Below, piece by piece: positions 30,140-44,559 of a DNA stretch of 64,000 nucleotides. Below the pieces are notes generated by a model. The model was not told where the DNA came from and ran no database searches. It saw only the letters and a program-made list of their open reading frames with translations. The DNA comes from Camelus dromedarius (lineage: Eukaryota). The position numbers and the translations under genes are program-made. Each line of letters starts with the position of its first letter. Position 1 is the stretch's first letter. The stretch is taken from assembly GCF_036321535.1 (NCBI RefSeq), contig NC_087437.1, positions 6,944,001 through 7,008,000 of the forward strand, in the 5' to 3' direction.

Positions 30140-33100
30140 AGCCTAACGGACGGGGATTTTTAAATTGTTGCTTTGTATAATAAGGCTGAAAATCAGGTGA
30201 ATACAGGGGTTTATTAAGGTCTATGGAAATGACTGTCAAGTTTTGGAGAATCCGCATGGTTAAATGCTAAGCTTCAGGAGGGCAGGGCGGTTTCTTTTTT
30301 CAGCTATTTTGCCAGGATCTAATAAAAAGTCTGGCACATTATAGATCCCGAGATGCTGTCGGGAGAGAAAAAAAATCATTTTTCTCAATATTACTTCTCG
30401 ACAGAATGTTCGAATTTTAACACATTTTATACATCTTTTGCTACTCGGAAATAAAAATGACAATTCTCACTTTGTGTGGGACTTGGGCTTGGAGCGACTT
30501 TTCCCCAGGTGAGAAATGAAACAGAAAGATCTAGTGTCTTAAAAATGTGAGAGTGGTGATGTGTGTGTGCGTACACACAAGTGTGCATGTGTGTGTGGTG
30601 GGGAGGGGTGGTAAAAATGCACACACATCAGATTAAAATCCCTCAGGAATATCTGCCCTAAACATTTTTTTTTTTTTTTGACCTAAACATTTTTTGAAGG
30701 AAGACTCTAGCCTGGCAAAAGCAATTAACTCATCTTACTTATGACACTTTTAACACAATGAATCTGTTCTTATATTGAATGTGTATATCTAGGGCTTATA
30801 TTATATTAACCTATACATGTATCTAGGGAATGTATATACTTAGGTTTAAGTTCAATTTCCAAAACTTCAGGGAAAACTAAAATCAAAATAAAATGTTTTA
30901 TTGTAAATCAAAATGTTTCCTTTTTCAAATTCCAATTTACCTTCCAAATCCACACTCTTCAAGTTCCCATGACATAAGCTTTCTTGTCCCCAAGATTTTA
31001 TTCTCTCCTCCTTACTTGCAGGGCAGAATACAACATCCAACTTATCTAACCACATCCACTGAAAAAAAGCAAGAATGATAACAGAACGCCCAACCTCACA
31101 TTATAATGAGCTAGGGTTTTCTTAAGCCTTAGAATGCTTTACAAAAATTAACGAACACGGGGTCAAAAAAACTTAATAGATGGATGGCAAGCTATTCGGG
31201 CAGATTTATGATAGGGAAGCAGCAACAGAAATGAAAGCATGAGTTATAAGTCAAACCACATGCACACTTATGGAATTTCTGCAGCTAGAGAGAAAAACCC
31301 TGCAAACAGTACCAGAGAGAACATGATTGCACCAAAACCTACGTCTTCATTTCCAAAATCAACACTTTAAAACTTGCCAGTGGGAAAGGGCTTTCGGGTC
31401 CGTCCTAACCAGGCTTCTGACTTTAATCTCTAGGGGCACTGGCTCCTTCATCTGTCTGATTCCGAGATTCCAAGTGCAAACTGGACATGTGCTTTGCAAC
31501 TGTGGGACAATCCCCCTTTCCGCAGGATCTCTACTCTGTAAACGGAACCCACTTGCCTATGGGGTGGACATTCTGCTAAGTGTATCATTAAGGGACTTGA
31601 CAGTCATATTTGAGACTGGGGTATTTTTATCCCAGTCAACAAAATCGAACCCTAAGGTACAGCAAAATGCATGTGCTGAATTGGGTGCTACAAGCTGAGC
31701 ATCACTTGAATGAATCAAACCTCAAAGAAGGGAAAAAAAAGTCTTTACACAGAGTATTTCTTGGTGTTGGGCCCCATTTGGTGTAAGACGGAGGCAGTAT
31801 TTACTTGCTAGGGATTTTCACACCCTCTTCATCACCAAATCTCACCGCAGAGGCAAGAAAGAGGAGTTTGACCAAGCTCAGCATGCATTTGGGGCCGTAG
31901 GCCTAAGAGTGCCTGCGTTTGCTCTAACTAACAACTTCTGACAGAAGAGAAAATAAAGGAGCAAATGGAAAAATAGTTCATAATTAAAACATTCTGAAGT
32001 GAGGATCAGATTCAGGAATTCATTTTAGAGGAAGAAAGAGAAGATGATGCAGCAGAATATAGAATAACCCCCTCATTTAGAGAACAAGTTGCACTTTCTC
32101 ATAAACCTAAATTAATTTAGAATATTTGCTTCCACTGATGAATCTTTTTTTTCCAACTTTTTTTTTTTAAAGAAAAGAAGATTGTAATTACAACTGATGT
32201 TGAACTTACAGTCTAATTTCACCCCTGAATGATGACAGTGGAGTCCCCAGCTACACGGGGTCACGTGTTCCACTCAAGGCTTCTTTAGAGAAATTCACCA
32301 ATGCCTGACTCCAAAACCAAGTCCTGGATTTCATTGTGTCATTCTGTTTAATGTTATAATTGTCTGGATTCAATTCATTTCCCATGATAACGTTAAGTAA
32401 ACTCACAATTGTATTTATAAGCTACAGTGAGGTGGAGTTTATTGGCTGAATGTTGATGTCATTTAACAGCTAGTTCCCACTGTATCAATAAATTCTTGTC
32501 CTAGCACCCTCTTCTCCAGCTCACAGTAAATGCCTTAAATCTTTGCCTGAATTTCCTTCTAAAATCAATGGGACATTTGGTAACATGAACATACATGGGA
32601 TTCCTATCATGGGTGCTTATCCATATTCTAGCTCTGAATTAAAAAAAAGAAGTTTGTTTCTAAAACATTTCAAATGTTCAAATGCTAGAAATCAACTGAC
32701 AGATTATGTGCAGTCGTCGCAAAACCCAAAGTCCCAGAGGTAAGAGTCACCTGCTTCATTATATCATCCTATTGATTTAACTGTGTTTAATTAATTTAAA
32801 TTACTTTTATTTGATGGTTATAAATTCACATCCTCTCTACTCCAAGGGTGAGAGATAATGGAAGGAGTTCAGCTAGAATGACAAAAAAGAGTTTGCTCTA
32901 AATTTCAAGAAATGGACTCTTAATACCAGAGGATATTTTTTACCTGTGGCTACAGCTTACCTTAAAAGAATATAAAAAGCCATCATTAATTATAAGCTTA
33001 ATTCATTTGCTTCATTCCTCTAATTGCTAACAAATATCAAAGTCAAGCAGAAGGACTGTAATGCAGCAAACCTGAAATGCACGGAGCTTCCAAGAAACGG

Positions 33101-34222
33101 CAGCACAAAAGCCCGCAAGCTTCCCTCCAAAGGCACCCAAATATCCTTATGGGCATCACATGGGAAATGCATTTGGAGAACATCTCAATTGCAGCAATGT
33201 TTACTGCAGTCAGCCAGTTCAAGTTCAAATAACTGACGACTAACATTCAGACGTACAGTTTAAACATGCATTGAAAAAGAAACTTAAAAAAGTGAGTGAG
33301 CATGGAGTCAGAGCAGCACTTTAATCACACTCTGTGGTGGAATGATGGTTAGGGCACTGGTGGACGGCACTGTGACACACTTGTGTCCTGACCACACAGG
33401 CAGCCCGTGAATAGCGGGCTCACAGCACCCTTTCTTTCTGATTTGAAATCAGCTGAGCATTATCAAAAGTGGTATTTGGCTTTACATTCTGAAACACAGG
33501 CAGCCTCTTGCTTGGAGTTTTAATTGCCCTGCTACCAAAATTCATTGTCCAAAAAAAAAAAATCAAGTTCAATAATAATAAATCTTTGTCTCATTTCAAA
33601 AATCCCTGATGGGATGACAGGCATCTCCAAGGAAAAAAATATGATCTCACTAAAAGTGGGGAGGAAAAAAAAAAAAGGTAAACCAATGCCACAAAGCTGG
33701 CGACAAAATCCTGATAATTAATAATTCTTCCAGAAGAGACTTCTGTTTTGTTCTTATTTTTATAATGTTTTTTACAAAATGCTTTTTCTTCTTTTTCTTT
33801 TTTTTGGCTAATGAACAAAGTAGCCAAAAACTGTACTCTTAATTTTTCAGGTAGCATGGTGAAGTTTGTATGTTAATACCTGCAACGCCACGCCCACTCA
33901 CCCAGGGCTCCAGGAACTTATACCACTTTGATTCCCTTAAGCAGGGGCTCTCAGGACTGTGTAGCTGCGAAGCTCAGTGCACTCAGAAGAAACCTAAAGC
34001 TAGCACAGGGTTGTGCTGGGCTGTCTCTCCTTCGCTCTTTTCCCCAAGGAAGAAAATGAGTGAAGGCTCTCTGTGCAGAATGAATCAGGCATATTTTTCA
34101 AAGGCCCCAGTGGTCAAGTCACTTGGCATTTGGGGGAGAACCTTGCTTTGGATACCAGTTGCTTTAGGCTACGGAACCCCCTCGCACCTCAAACCAGGGC
34201 CGCTCACGATTGTGTATTATCA

Positions 34223-34447
<225 letters not shown>

Positions 34448-35142
34448 TCATTTTGTGCATCAAACAGATGCATCTGGAGATTGCTCTCGGTCTCCTGATT
34501 GTTCCGATTAGTTAATTACTTTATACAACACATCTGCTGTATCGATGCATGAATTATACATCAGCTGCCTGTGGTGGCTATTTTTTCATGTTACTTCTAC
34601 CTCCCTGCTCTGATGCGCTCGGGAAGACAATTTAAGGTGTACTGCTTCCTCACGAGCCATCGTGAAAACCATTAACGTAGTAACCGTTTTCCTTTCACGA
34701 CTCTGCTCAGACGAATAAAAATGGTAAAAGAATATAAATATACATATATAAAAATAAATAAGATCTCAGCAATCGTGAATAAGGCATTCTTTCACAAAAC
34801 GTACCCAGATGGCACTGTTCATGATATGCAAAAATATTTTTCTCTTAAGTAAACTTTATGTAAAATGCCTTCTTGTAAGGCATCATTTAATTGACTAAAT
34901 AAAAAGAGTCTTGTCTTTTGATAACCTGCACAGATCGACCCAGGTTGGGGGGAAAAGTGGCTTCTAAATGATAGATTGAAGTTGAGAAGATAAAACAGAA
35001 GGGGGTTAAGGCCACAAAATCAATTGGGATTAACCTTTCTGAAACCCAGAGTAAATAACAATTGAAGGTTGACCAGAGATGCTTTGTTTCAAAAGATCAG
35101 GTAAGGAGCATGTTCCGCAGGAGAACTGCTGCCCTGACTCAC

Positions 35143-35269
35143 CTGTGTAACTGAATTTTCAGTGTGACCACATGATACACGTCCTGGAGCATATCCGCTA
35201 CCGTAGCATCAGGGGCATCGGTCACATAAGACAGTGGAACAGGATTCCACTTTCCAACCTGGATCAGCC
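35143..35269 (-). CDS. SATB1: SATB1 exon 4, rest of the ULD including K136 and the PVPLS CtBP-binding motif
   Basis: (G)[41 protein letters not shown](S). Acceptor ggaatag|GG, donor CACAG|GTGAGT. 127 nt. Confidence 0.98.
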
Positions 35270-36047
35270 CTATTCCAGATAAAGAGAATGTGTCACTAAA
35301 GATTGCACCCTTCAGATCATACATCTAGTAGAAGGTTTTTTGTTTTTTGGTTTTTGTTTTCCCCACTGCCCCCACCACAAGCAATATTGTTATTTCTGTC
35401 TGAATAATTCCCTTCCCTCTAAAAGGCAGGTCAATGAAAATATTCACAGCTTAGCTTTCCAAATCGGGAAATTATGTAAATGACTGGAGGGTTGTTTATT
35501 ATTTTGGAAATAAAAACCCATCCATAAAACCTATGCCTGGGCCACATTTTCCTAACTTACGGGAAGTTCTAATAAGACATAGCTGAACCAGTTCTCAATG
35601 GCTTTACGATTTAGATAAGATTCTCTATTGCAATGGGAATCAGCATTGAAAAATACTTTACAGCCCATAAAACCATCAGAAACAGAATAAAAGAAACAGA
35701 ACTAGATATTCAGTCATAAATGCAAATTGACTCTCAACAGTCCATCTGCTCAAATCCGCTCCTCACTTCCTTGTGGGTCCTCAGTGGAGCAGATTATTAA
35801 GGTCAATAAGCATACTAATGATTCAGCTGAAGTAATTTAAAAAAAAAAAATCTACCTCGACATTCCACATGAGCAAAATGTGTGTTAACTAAACCAAACT
35901 GAATTAAGCCCATTTTTTAAAGCCACAGTCTATCAGGAACCAATGGAATACACAGACTACAGTCCTTTGAACAAAAATATCCAGGGCTTTCTCTGCAAGG
36001 TAAACAAAGGATGCCGAGCAATTTTTCCAAGCCCCATGGATGCCTTA

Positions 36048-36311
<264 letters not shown>

Positions 36312-39300
36312 CTACGCCATGAAAAATAAACCTTTGCAACAGTGAGAGAAGGGGAGACTGTGTTTCCAAGGCAGACAGGGCACAGACACACCGGCAGGCG
36401 CGCACACACACATACATATACGCTCCTTTCCTTTTTTGAAGTTGTAAGAGAAATAGTCAAAGAGAATGTGAACCGGGTCCTAAGGTAACCTGGGCTCTAC
36501 TTTAATTTTAACAGTGCATTTCCCCAAATCAGAGAATGCAGAATTACCTTTTGGATCAAATAATAAGGCTGACGAGAGAGGAGTGTCTGGTCTGATGAGC
36601 TGCGAGTGGTACCTGGCGCGCACGTGTAACTGACTACAGGGTCTTCGGAAGAACCACCTTCACGTGTCCTACACACTTTTGCTAACATTCAACTTTCCCT
36701 GTTTGTGTCCAAACACATTGTCTTGGATGATAAAATGATCAGCATTTGCGTCCTTTTTTAAGATACTGACTTTAATGATTCCATAAAAGAAACACAAAAC
36801 TCAACCAAACTGATGTTCAAAATATATGATTTCAATATGTGCAAAACACAGATAAATGAGATTTACTGTTAGGGCTCTTCACTGATTCTACCTGACTCAA
36901 AAGATACCCCAGGAGCCATATGTCTTTAAAATGAACCATCTTTGTTATAGTAAATAGGATAAAAATGAGAAGAAAGAAAGCTGGCTTCATCGGGACATCT
37001 TAGGATAAAGGCATCTGCAGAGATGTGCTGTGTTCTCTCTTTCTTTACTGTAATGCCATGTAATAAGCCAGCAGCCAGGTGATTAACCAACACAGGCCAC
37101 ACCGTTGTTAGAAAAGAGGCTTCAAGAAACAAATCTTGGAATGCAGCAGTTCTCAAGGTGTTTACGCAGCGCACCGTCATGCTTCCGATGATAAACGGAA
37201 AAGGGTTAAAAGCAGATGCATCTGAACTGTACGGTGGCACACTGCCAGGGGACTGTCATCCTTAGCATAAATGATGACAAGGGTTACTTTACCAGGGCAC
37301 CCAGGGTCCCCAATTAGTCCTCTAACATTAATGCCTCTCTCAGCCCTGCCCTGTGGACTCGCAGAATCCAACCAACTTCTGAATATGTCTCATGCAGGCC
37401 AGGCAGAGCTAAAAAATCAGGATGTCCTCCAGACTCCAGAGATGCCCTTTAAAAATGCCCTATTTGCGTGTTTCCGCCAAACAAAGCCAGCAGTAAAACA
37501 AGCTACATTTCTCTACATTTCTTTCTCCACCGCAGCTTTCGTGAACTGTTCACAAGAGATTCTAGCTCTGACAAATAAACCCCTCTAGGTTTACTTAGAA
37601 AAGCTCACAAACTCATTTGGAGGTACCCAACAGGCTGGGCATGAAAAACAAGCCCCACAGCTTGCCAATCCTCCTGTCATTCCTTCAGCTGTTTTATACT
37701 GGGGAGGGAACCCATCAGGGGCCAGAAGACGACTTGGGGAGACCACAGCAAAAACAACACTGTGCTTTCTTCCTTGGCTTGAAGGTACTCTGGCCAAACC
37801 TCCGAGGCAAATTACAACATTAACCCCTTTTCTTAAGCCAGGCTTTCTCATCCCAGCCACAATTTTTATCTGGCACCTGTGAAGCAAAAAGCACGCAGGT
37901 GAAAAAGAAGAAAAGGAAATACTAACACTACCACCAAAAGGCTGGAGTCATTTTGTTGTTCAAAGTAAGCAGAGGACCTTCTACAATTAAACTGCATTTT
38001 AAAAACGTCACTATGAATGCAATGCTTTAAAAAAAAAAAAAAGCCCTTGGGCAGGAAGTGAAATTACTGTACTTTGGTTTCTCCTCCCCCTGTCCTGATG
38101 TCTTCAAAGAGTTGGGTTACCAGCACGACAAAAACATACGCATTGATTTTTCCTCTTATAGGAAGATACAGACGTGTCCTGCTCTCTGCTGCTCCTTAGA
38201 CCTGTGAAATAACCGTAGGTCTTTCAAACGATGGAAATGCATTAAGAGTTATCCTGGACTCTATTTAGGGGGCCCCTATCAGATAATTAGGGTGGCTATT
38301 GATAAAGCGACAACAGTATCATTTAAATCCAAATTCAGCTGCTAAATCTGGGTGTCGGGCGAGACTTCCAACTACAGCAACTTCATAACCCTCCAGCATT
38401 AAAAAAGGGGGAGTGCACTGGTCACTGCTGACTGCTAAAAATACCGCATGATTTAAACCTGGAGGCAGTCTTAGAAGCCTTGCTGAAGGTTTATGAGCCT
38501 GTGTAAACAGCACGTCTGCCATAAGGAGCAGCGAAGTCTGTAGAATCCTTGTCTAAAACTGTCCTGGCATTAAAGTTTGCTGTGCAAATATCACATAATA
38601 CCAGAGACAGCTGAAATCTCCTATTTAGGAATTTATGGAACTTATATGTTTGCAGGCGTCAGAAAGTCTTTTTTATAGAGCCCCAGTGCTTCACAGTACA
38701 ATATTAATGCACTCGGTTTGAAAAGCCGTAATAAATTATATTTTTAATGCTCTTACCCTGGCTTTCTTAAGATGCATACATTCTTGGCAAACAATCAATA
38801 AATAGGGTAATCATGAGTAGAGGCCAAAGAATTTGCTGAAGTGCTGTTTTTCCATTTTTAATAGATAAAGATCTAACAATACGGACTGCTGTGTCTGTTC
38901 ATTTCAGGATCAATATATTCTTTGTTTTCACCAAACCCAGGAAAAAATAAATGATTGTATGATAAATGTTATGCATCACACACAATGAAATTCCTCTGCC
39001 TTCTAACTTTATCTACTTAATATTCTTGGTTGCTACAAGACGGCATTTTTAGCCTTTGCTTTCGCAAATGTAAGGAAAATCTGAATCCTATACAGTTATT
39101 CAGAGACAAATAAAGACCTTCTAAGGCACACACATGCCTCCCAGCATAGGCCCTGATTTATAGAAACAACAGTGCTGAATGCAGTCCAAGTTGTTTAACT
39201 TCAACAATGTGGTATCAAATAGGCAGGGAGGAATCGCATAGTCACGTACCCTCTCTCCTTAAAAACCTGCCAAAATCTGCCCTTCTTTTATCAAAAAATA

Positions 39301-39809
39301 TCCAGCAAAAGTGAAAACACTAGCGTCATCAGGTTTTTGGCTGCTAAATAATGAGTTTACTCTTAAGAAAACAAATCACCAAAAAAAAAAAAATGACATC
39401 ACACAACTTTTACATCATACCACAGGAGACTTCCATTATCTGTGCAACTGCCTTACAACTAGTAATCCTACGAAAAGGCTACGCTTGTAGTCGAACAATT
39501 TAAGTGTTTTATTCTTAATCAGGGTCAGTTTCAGCAACAGCCACCCACGTACCCTCTACGACAATAACACCTTGTCGGTGGAAGCCTTGTGTAAGGGAGA
39601 CCATTATTTCTAATTCAGTCCTTATCATCCACAAAGTCCAATGATTCCAGTCTACAGTGGAGTAAGCTGCTCTGCTCCAGCACGCGAGTTTACACTTTCC
39701 AACGTGACTAACACTTCAGCCAGGAATAGAACTCCTTTCAGACTAGAAAGAGAATCGAGGAAAAGGACGCACGAAGCCCTGTTCTGCCTCTCCACCCCGA
39801 TACCCCCTA

Positions 39810-40091
<282 letters not shown>

Positions 40092-42840
40092 TTACTCTCT
40101 AAAGATCACCTGCCAGAATTTAAAAAGAAGGAGACACGTTATAATTGGGTGGGGTGGGGGGGTCCCTGCATCTCTTTCTCTGTCTCTCTGTATATGTAAT
40201 ATCATGCAAATGTTTTATTCCTACGTATTTCTCTCCACAAAGATAACATATTTGGAAGATTGCTTAACTAGATATATACTATAATGCAGATGTTCTTCTA
40301 TTTCTAGATCACAGCATTATATTTCCATTCAAGATAACAGAATAATTCGTGGAAACTGCACCAACACACATGAACAAAAAGGTCATCTGTCACCTACCAA
40401 CAAAACTTAAGTGTGGGGAAATGGGTTTACTTTCGGAACAAAAATTATGACAAGGATAGCAAAAAAGAAAAAAGCAAATTGTATTTACGTAGTCCCAATT
40501 TTTAAAAATGAGAAATGTTATTACAGAACACAGTAACAACACTTTAATCAAAGATGGAAAGATAATCATAGTCCAAAATACTAGTTAGAGCTGAACATAT
40601 TTGTATTTTTATATAGTTTAATTCTTATACAGAAAAAAAATATATATGTATACACTGCCTCAAAAGAGAGTAGCAAACATCTGCTTTTTAAACTTTCTAT
40701 TGGCTTTTCAGGTTAATTTGTAGAAAAAGTCTTCTACTGTCAAAGTGTCAAGACTTGCGTGACCTGTTTGAAAGATTTAGTTAAGACTTGGCTCAAAACG
40801 TGATTGGATCGCTCCACCCCTAAGCAAATGGATAGAAGTGAAGGATTTCTTCAAATAGCCCCGGTACTGAAGGATTACAACCCAGATATTTTAGAGTTAA
40901 TATTTAGGTGTCCATTAGTAACAGAAGACTGTTAACAATTTAAATAGCAAAAACTATTTTGTAACAGACACATTAGATTGAACTGCTAAGCTCGCTTTAA
41001 AAAAGAAAAATCTTGATAATTTTGGTAAAACAGAATTGCCAGTGTTCAAAAATAATCTCAGCAGGCAATGAAGTCAACATCTTAATTAACTTCAGAAAAA
41101 ATTAACAGATAATTATTTTCAGTTGTATTACACATTGGACATCAATTTTCATACTGTTTGTAATAAAGGAATTATTTAGTACATTATCAAAGTCACTTCT
41201 AAAATACAGTTTTAACTAGCACCGATAAGAACAGGTGAGCAGAATTATTTCATGAACTTTGCTGGTACTTGAAGTACTGAGCTTACCAATATTAAGGGAG
41301 AGGGGACCATATTTAGAAAAACCAGAGAGAATATAATTATCACTTTCCTCCAGCTGTCTGGCAATTCAACATATCTTGTACTTAAAAATATATATATTCC
41401 ACTGAACTGAAGAAGCTATTTAGATCCAGATTTGAAAGCCAGCTTGTATTATCAGCATGGCCTTTCTGTAAGCACTTATTCCCTCTGTTTAACCATAGAT
41501 TACTTTGTCCATTATAATCAAGGAAAGAGGTGATCAGGGAGGGGGGAGCGATGGTAATCTGTAGGTTTAAAAGCAACCTAAGAAGGCCAATTGAAGAACT
41601 ATAAAGTTAGAGAAATAATGGCTATTTATCCTCGTACCCCAGGGTGGCTCGCTGAGACTAAAGGTTTACCGTTGATCGAGGTCCCATCTGTTTTTGGTTA
41701 TGAGGTTCATTAACAATAAATGTGCCGCTTTTAACCACTTTTTATCAAGATGACTCTTTTCCATTCTATTAAACTGGAGTCTAAAGCCAAAATTAGTGGT
41801 GATTATTAACTTATTCAAAACACTCTTTATAATGCTTCACGTGGATTATCAGACACAACTGCTTTTTCTGAAATTGGTTGCTTTACCCTAGAGCAGAAGA
41901 TGAATTTTCAAACGTACGGTTTGAAAAGAAAATACTTAACCCTTAGGGCAATTTAAGAGGCCCCCCCCCGAAAAAGGGGGGAGCAGACAACAGCATCAAA
42001 GTTAATGCTACAAAACATATTAAGGAGTCATGAGGCTTAACAGCATTATAAGCTGTACAGTAAACGAAAGTGATAGATGATAATTTAGTTAATGTATTGA
42101 CAATCAAAACATCATATAGGTCATGCAAAATTGTCCTTTGAATACCCGTCTATAAGCAGCTATTAAACACTCGGTCATCTTGTAAAAAGCTGTACATTAT
42201 AAAGCAAAATTACATGCACATAAAACACCCAATTTATTCAGTTAAACTATGCCCAAGGCTTAAGTTCACCAAACCTCAGTTTGGAACTCGAACAGCAACC
42301 TCCACCATGGGGCCTGCTGGACTGACAGCTCGGGAACTAACTAAGGTCTCAACAGATGCCAGCCTGAAGAGTTTCTTTTGAGTCACAATTAAAAAAAAAA
42401 CAAAAAACCAAAAAAAACCATTTTATGGTAACGTCTGGTTGGCACACAGAAAGCAGGCTACTTTCTTAAAACCCCATTTCCCTGTCCGTCAACTAAGTCC
42501 ATCTAGGATAATTAATGAATTAAACAGTGAAATCAGACACAGCCATTTCTTCCTTTAAAAAGAAAAAGCAAAGCACGAAATTCCGGTTTCAAGAACCTTT
42601 TTTTTTCGCAGTGTGGGAGCCTTTTCAACGAGTTCCTTGCTGGATCGCCTCCCTCACCCCCACAGCACCCCATAATCACATTTAAAGAGCGTGTGCCCTT
42701 ATCCATTCCATATGGCCGGCACGATCCAGGCCAAGCTTTCACTGTGACCTTTTAAAGAGACAAAGAAGCAAAGTACTATCTAGAAACAGAAACACTGCAG
42801 TTTTACTGAGTGAAATTAGCAAAACCGACCTGAAACTCAC

Positions 42841-44520
42841 CACTTCAAAACTTGACAGCATATAAATAACAAAAACAAAGGAGATTTCCTTTGCAGCCCG
42901 GGTTCTTGAAGAGAAGTTCAAGACTGATGTTGTCTATGTCCTTTTTTTTTAATTAAAAAAAAAAAAAAAGCAGCAGACCTGAAGGCGACTTCCCCTGAAA
43001 TTGTATTATTTTCTCTTCCCCTACCCCCGCCCCCCTAAGCGGGGGAAGGGCAGGGAGGGCAGAAATAAACGTCTAGAAGAGTAGCCATAGGAGAGGGGGG
43101 TTAAAAAAAATCACAGTTCGAAAAATAACATATATGGTTTGTAAAATGTCTAACCTCAGAGAACGGGGCTTTCGATGGGGGAGGAGGAGAGAGTGGGAAA
43201 CAGGGAGGAGGGAGAAGGTAAAATTGATCTGACAAGTGATTCGTTGTGGGGGGAAATCGTAAAAACAAAGCAAAACCCGTTAGGAGCTGTACACAGTGGT
43301 GGTGCTGGGGAGGCGAGGTGGTGACTGAGGATTCTTAAAAAGGAAAAAAAAAAATCACTGCGGACAAGGTCTCCAGAAAGGCAAAAAAAAAAAAAAAAAG
43401 GTCCCCTGGCTTCCCTCCCTCCCTCCGGCTCGCTGGGGTTCTTCGGTGTGAGGACAGAAAGTCTACTTCTGGCTGTCACTTGCGATATTATTCTCCAGTC
43501 ACCCCGGAGAACGCAGGGAGGGGAAGGCCGGCTCGCCTCCCCTCCGGTCGCCCCCGCCCCCTCCCCAACGATTGCGACTGATATTAACAAACCTTAAACT
43601 TTCTTCCCACGGCCTCGCGCCCCCAACGAGGGCATCGACCGGGGGGCCGAGAGGGTGGGGGGCAGAAGGTCGCGGAAAAAGCCCCGGCAAGGCACTAAAA
43701 TGCCACTTTTGATTCGGCCCTCGCTGACGACAGCCCCGAGGACCCCCTCCCTGCCCATGGACGCGGGGCTGCGAGCGTCTGGGGAGCCGAGAGAGTGAGG
43801 CAGAGAAAGAGGGCTGGGGGGGGAGGAGAGGGGGGATCGGAAGGCACCCCAGCCGCCTCCGCCGCCACCGACTCCCCGCCCCCTCCCCCCAAAAGTCGCC
43901 GAGCTCTCACTCAGCCGGAGTCCGAGGTAAACAACGAGCCCCACAATGGCACTGGGACTTGGGGGAAAAGAAAGCCAGAAACCCCGGCAAAACTGAGCAG
44001 GAGTTTCCCGAAAGCAAAGAGGGGGTGGGGGCGCCCCCCGGAGTCGCCTGGGCCCCCAGGCGGGCTAGAGGGCGGCCGCGGCTGCGGCGGTGGCGACGAG
44101 GCCGGCGGTGGCCGGGTGGCCCCGGGAGCGGCGCGCGCGCGGCGGTGTGTGTGCGTGCGGGCGGGCGCCGGTCCCCGGACGGGGCCGCTCCGCTCTCCCC
44201 CTCGCCGCCGGCTCTGCCCCCATCAAATTCGGAGCCGACTCCTCCCGGCTGCGGTGGCCGCCGCCGCGCCCCGCTCGGCCCCGCGCGTCCGCCCGGGCTG
44301 CAGCCCTCCGCGCCGCTGCTGCCGCCGCTGCTGCTGCTGCCGCCGCCGCCGCCGCTGTGGCTGCCTCTTCTTCCTCCTCCTCATTTTAATACACAATCAC
44401 CCCGCTCGCAGCCCCAGCCCCGAGCACGCAGCCTCCTCCGGGCCGCCCGCCGCCGCCCCGATCCCTTCCCCAGCGGGGCCGGCTCCGCCGCCGCGTCCGG
44501 GGAGCGGGAGCGAGCGAGCG
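42841..44520 (-). other. SATB1: SATB1 proximal non-coding first exon (5' UTR); 5' end approximate
   Basis: Consensus donor TTTTGAAGTG|GTGAGT at 42841/42840, 2.7 kb above exon 2. The junction ...TTTTGAAGTG|GTGATCTTTAG matches my recollection of the SATB1 mRNA leader. Extends into the CpG island; the TSS cannot be fixed from sequence. Confidence 0.75.
44312..44356 (+). repeat. (GCY)15 mixed GCC/GCT triplet tract
   Basis: gcc gct gct gcc gcc gct gct gct gct gcc gcc gcc gcc gcc gct. Confidence 0.9.
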
Positions 44521-44523
44521 AGT

Positions 44524-44554
<31 letters not shown>

Positions 44555-44559
44555 GCGGC
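44524..44559 (+). repeat. (GGC)7 AGC (GGC)4 triplet tract
   Basis: Read directly from the sequence. Confidence 0.9.
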
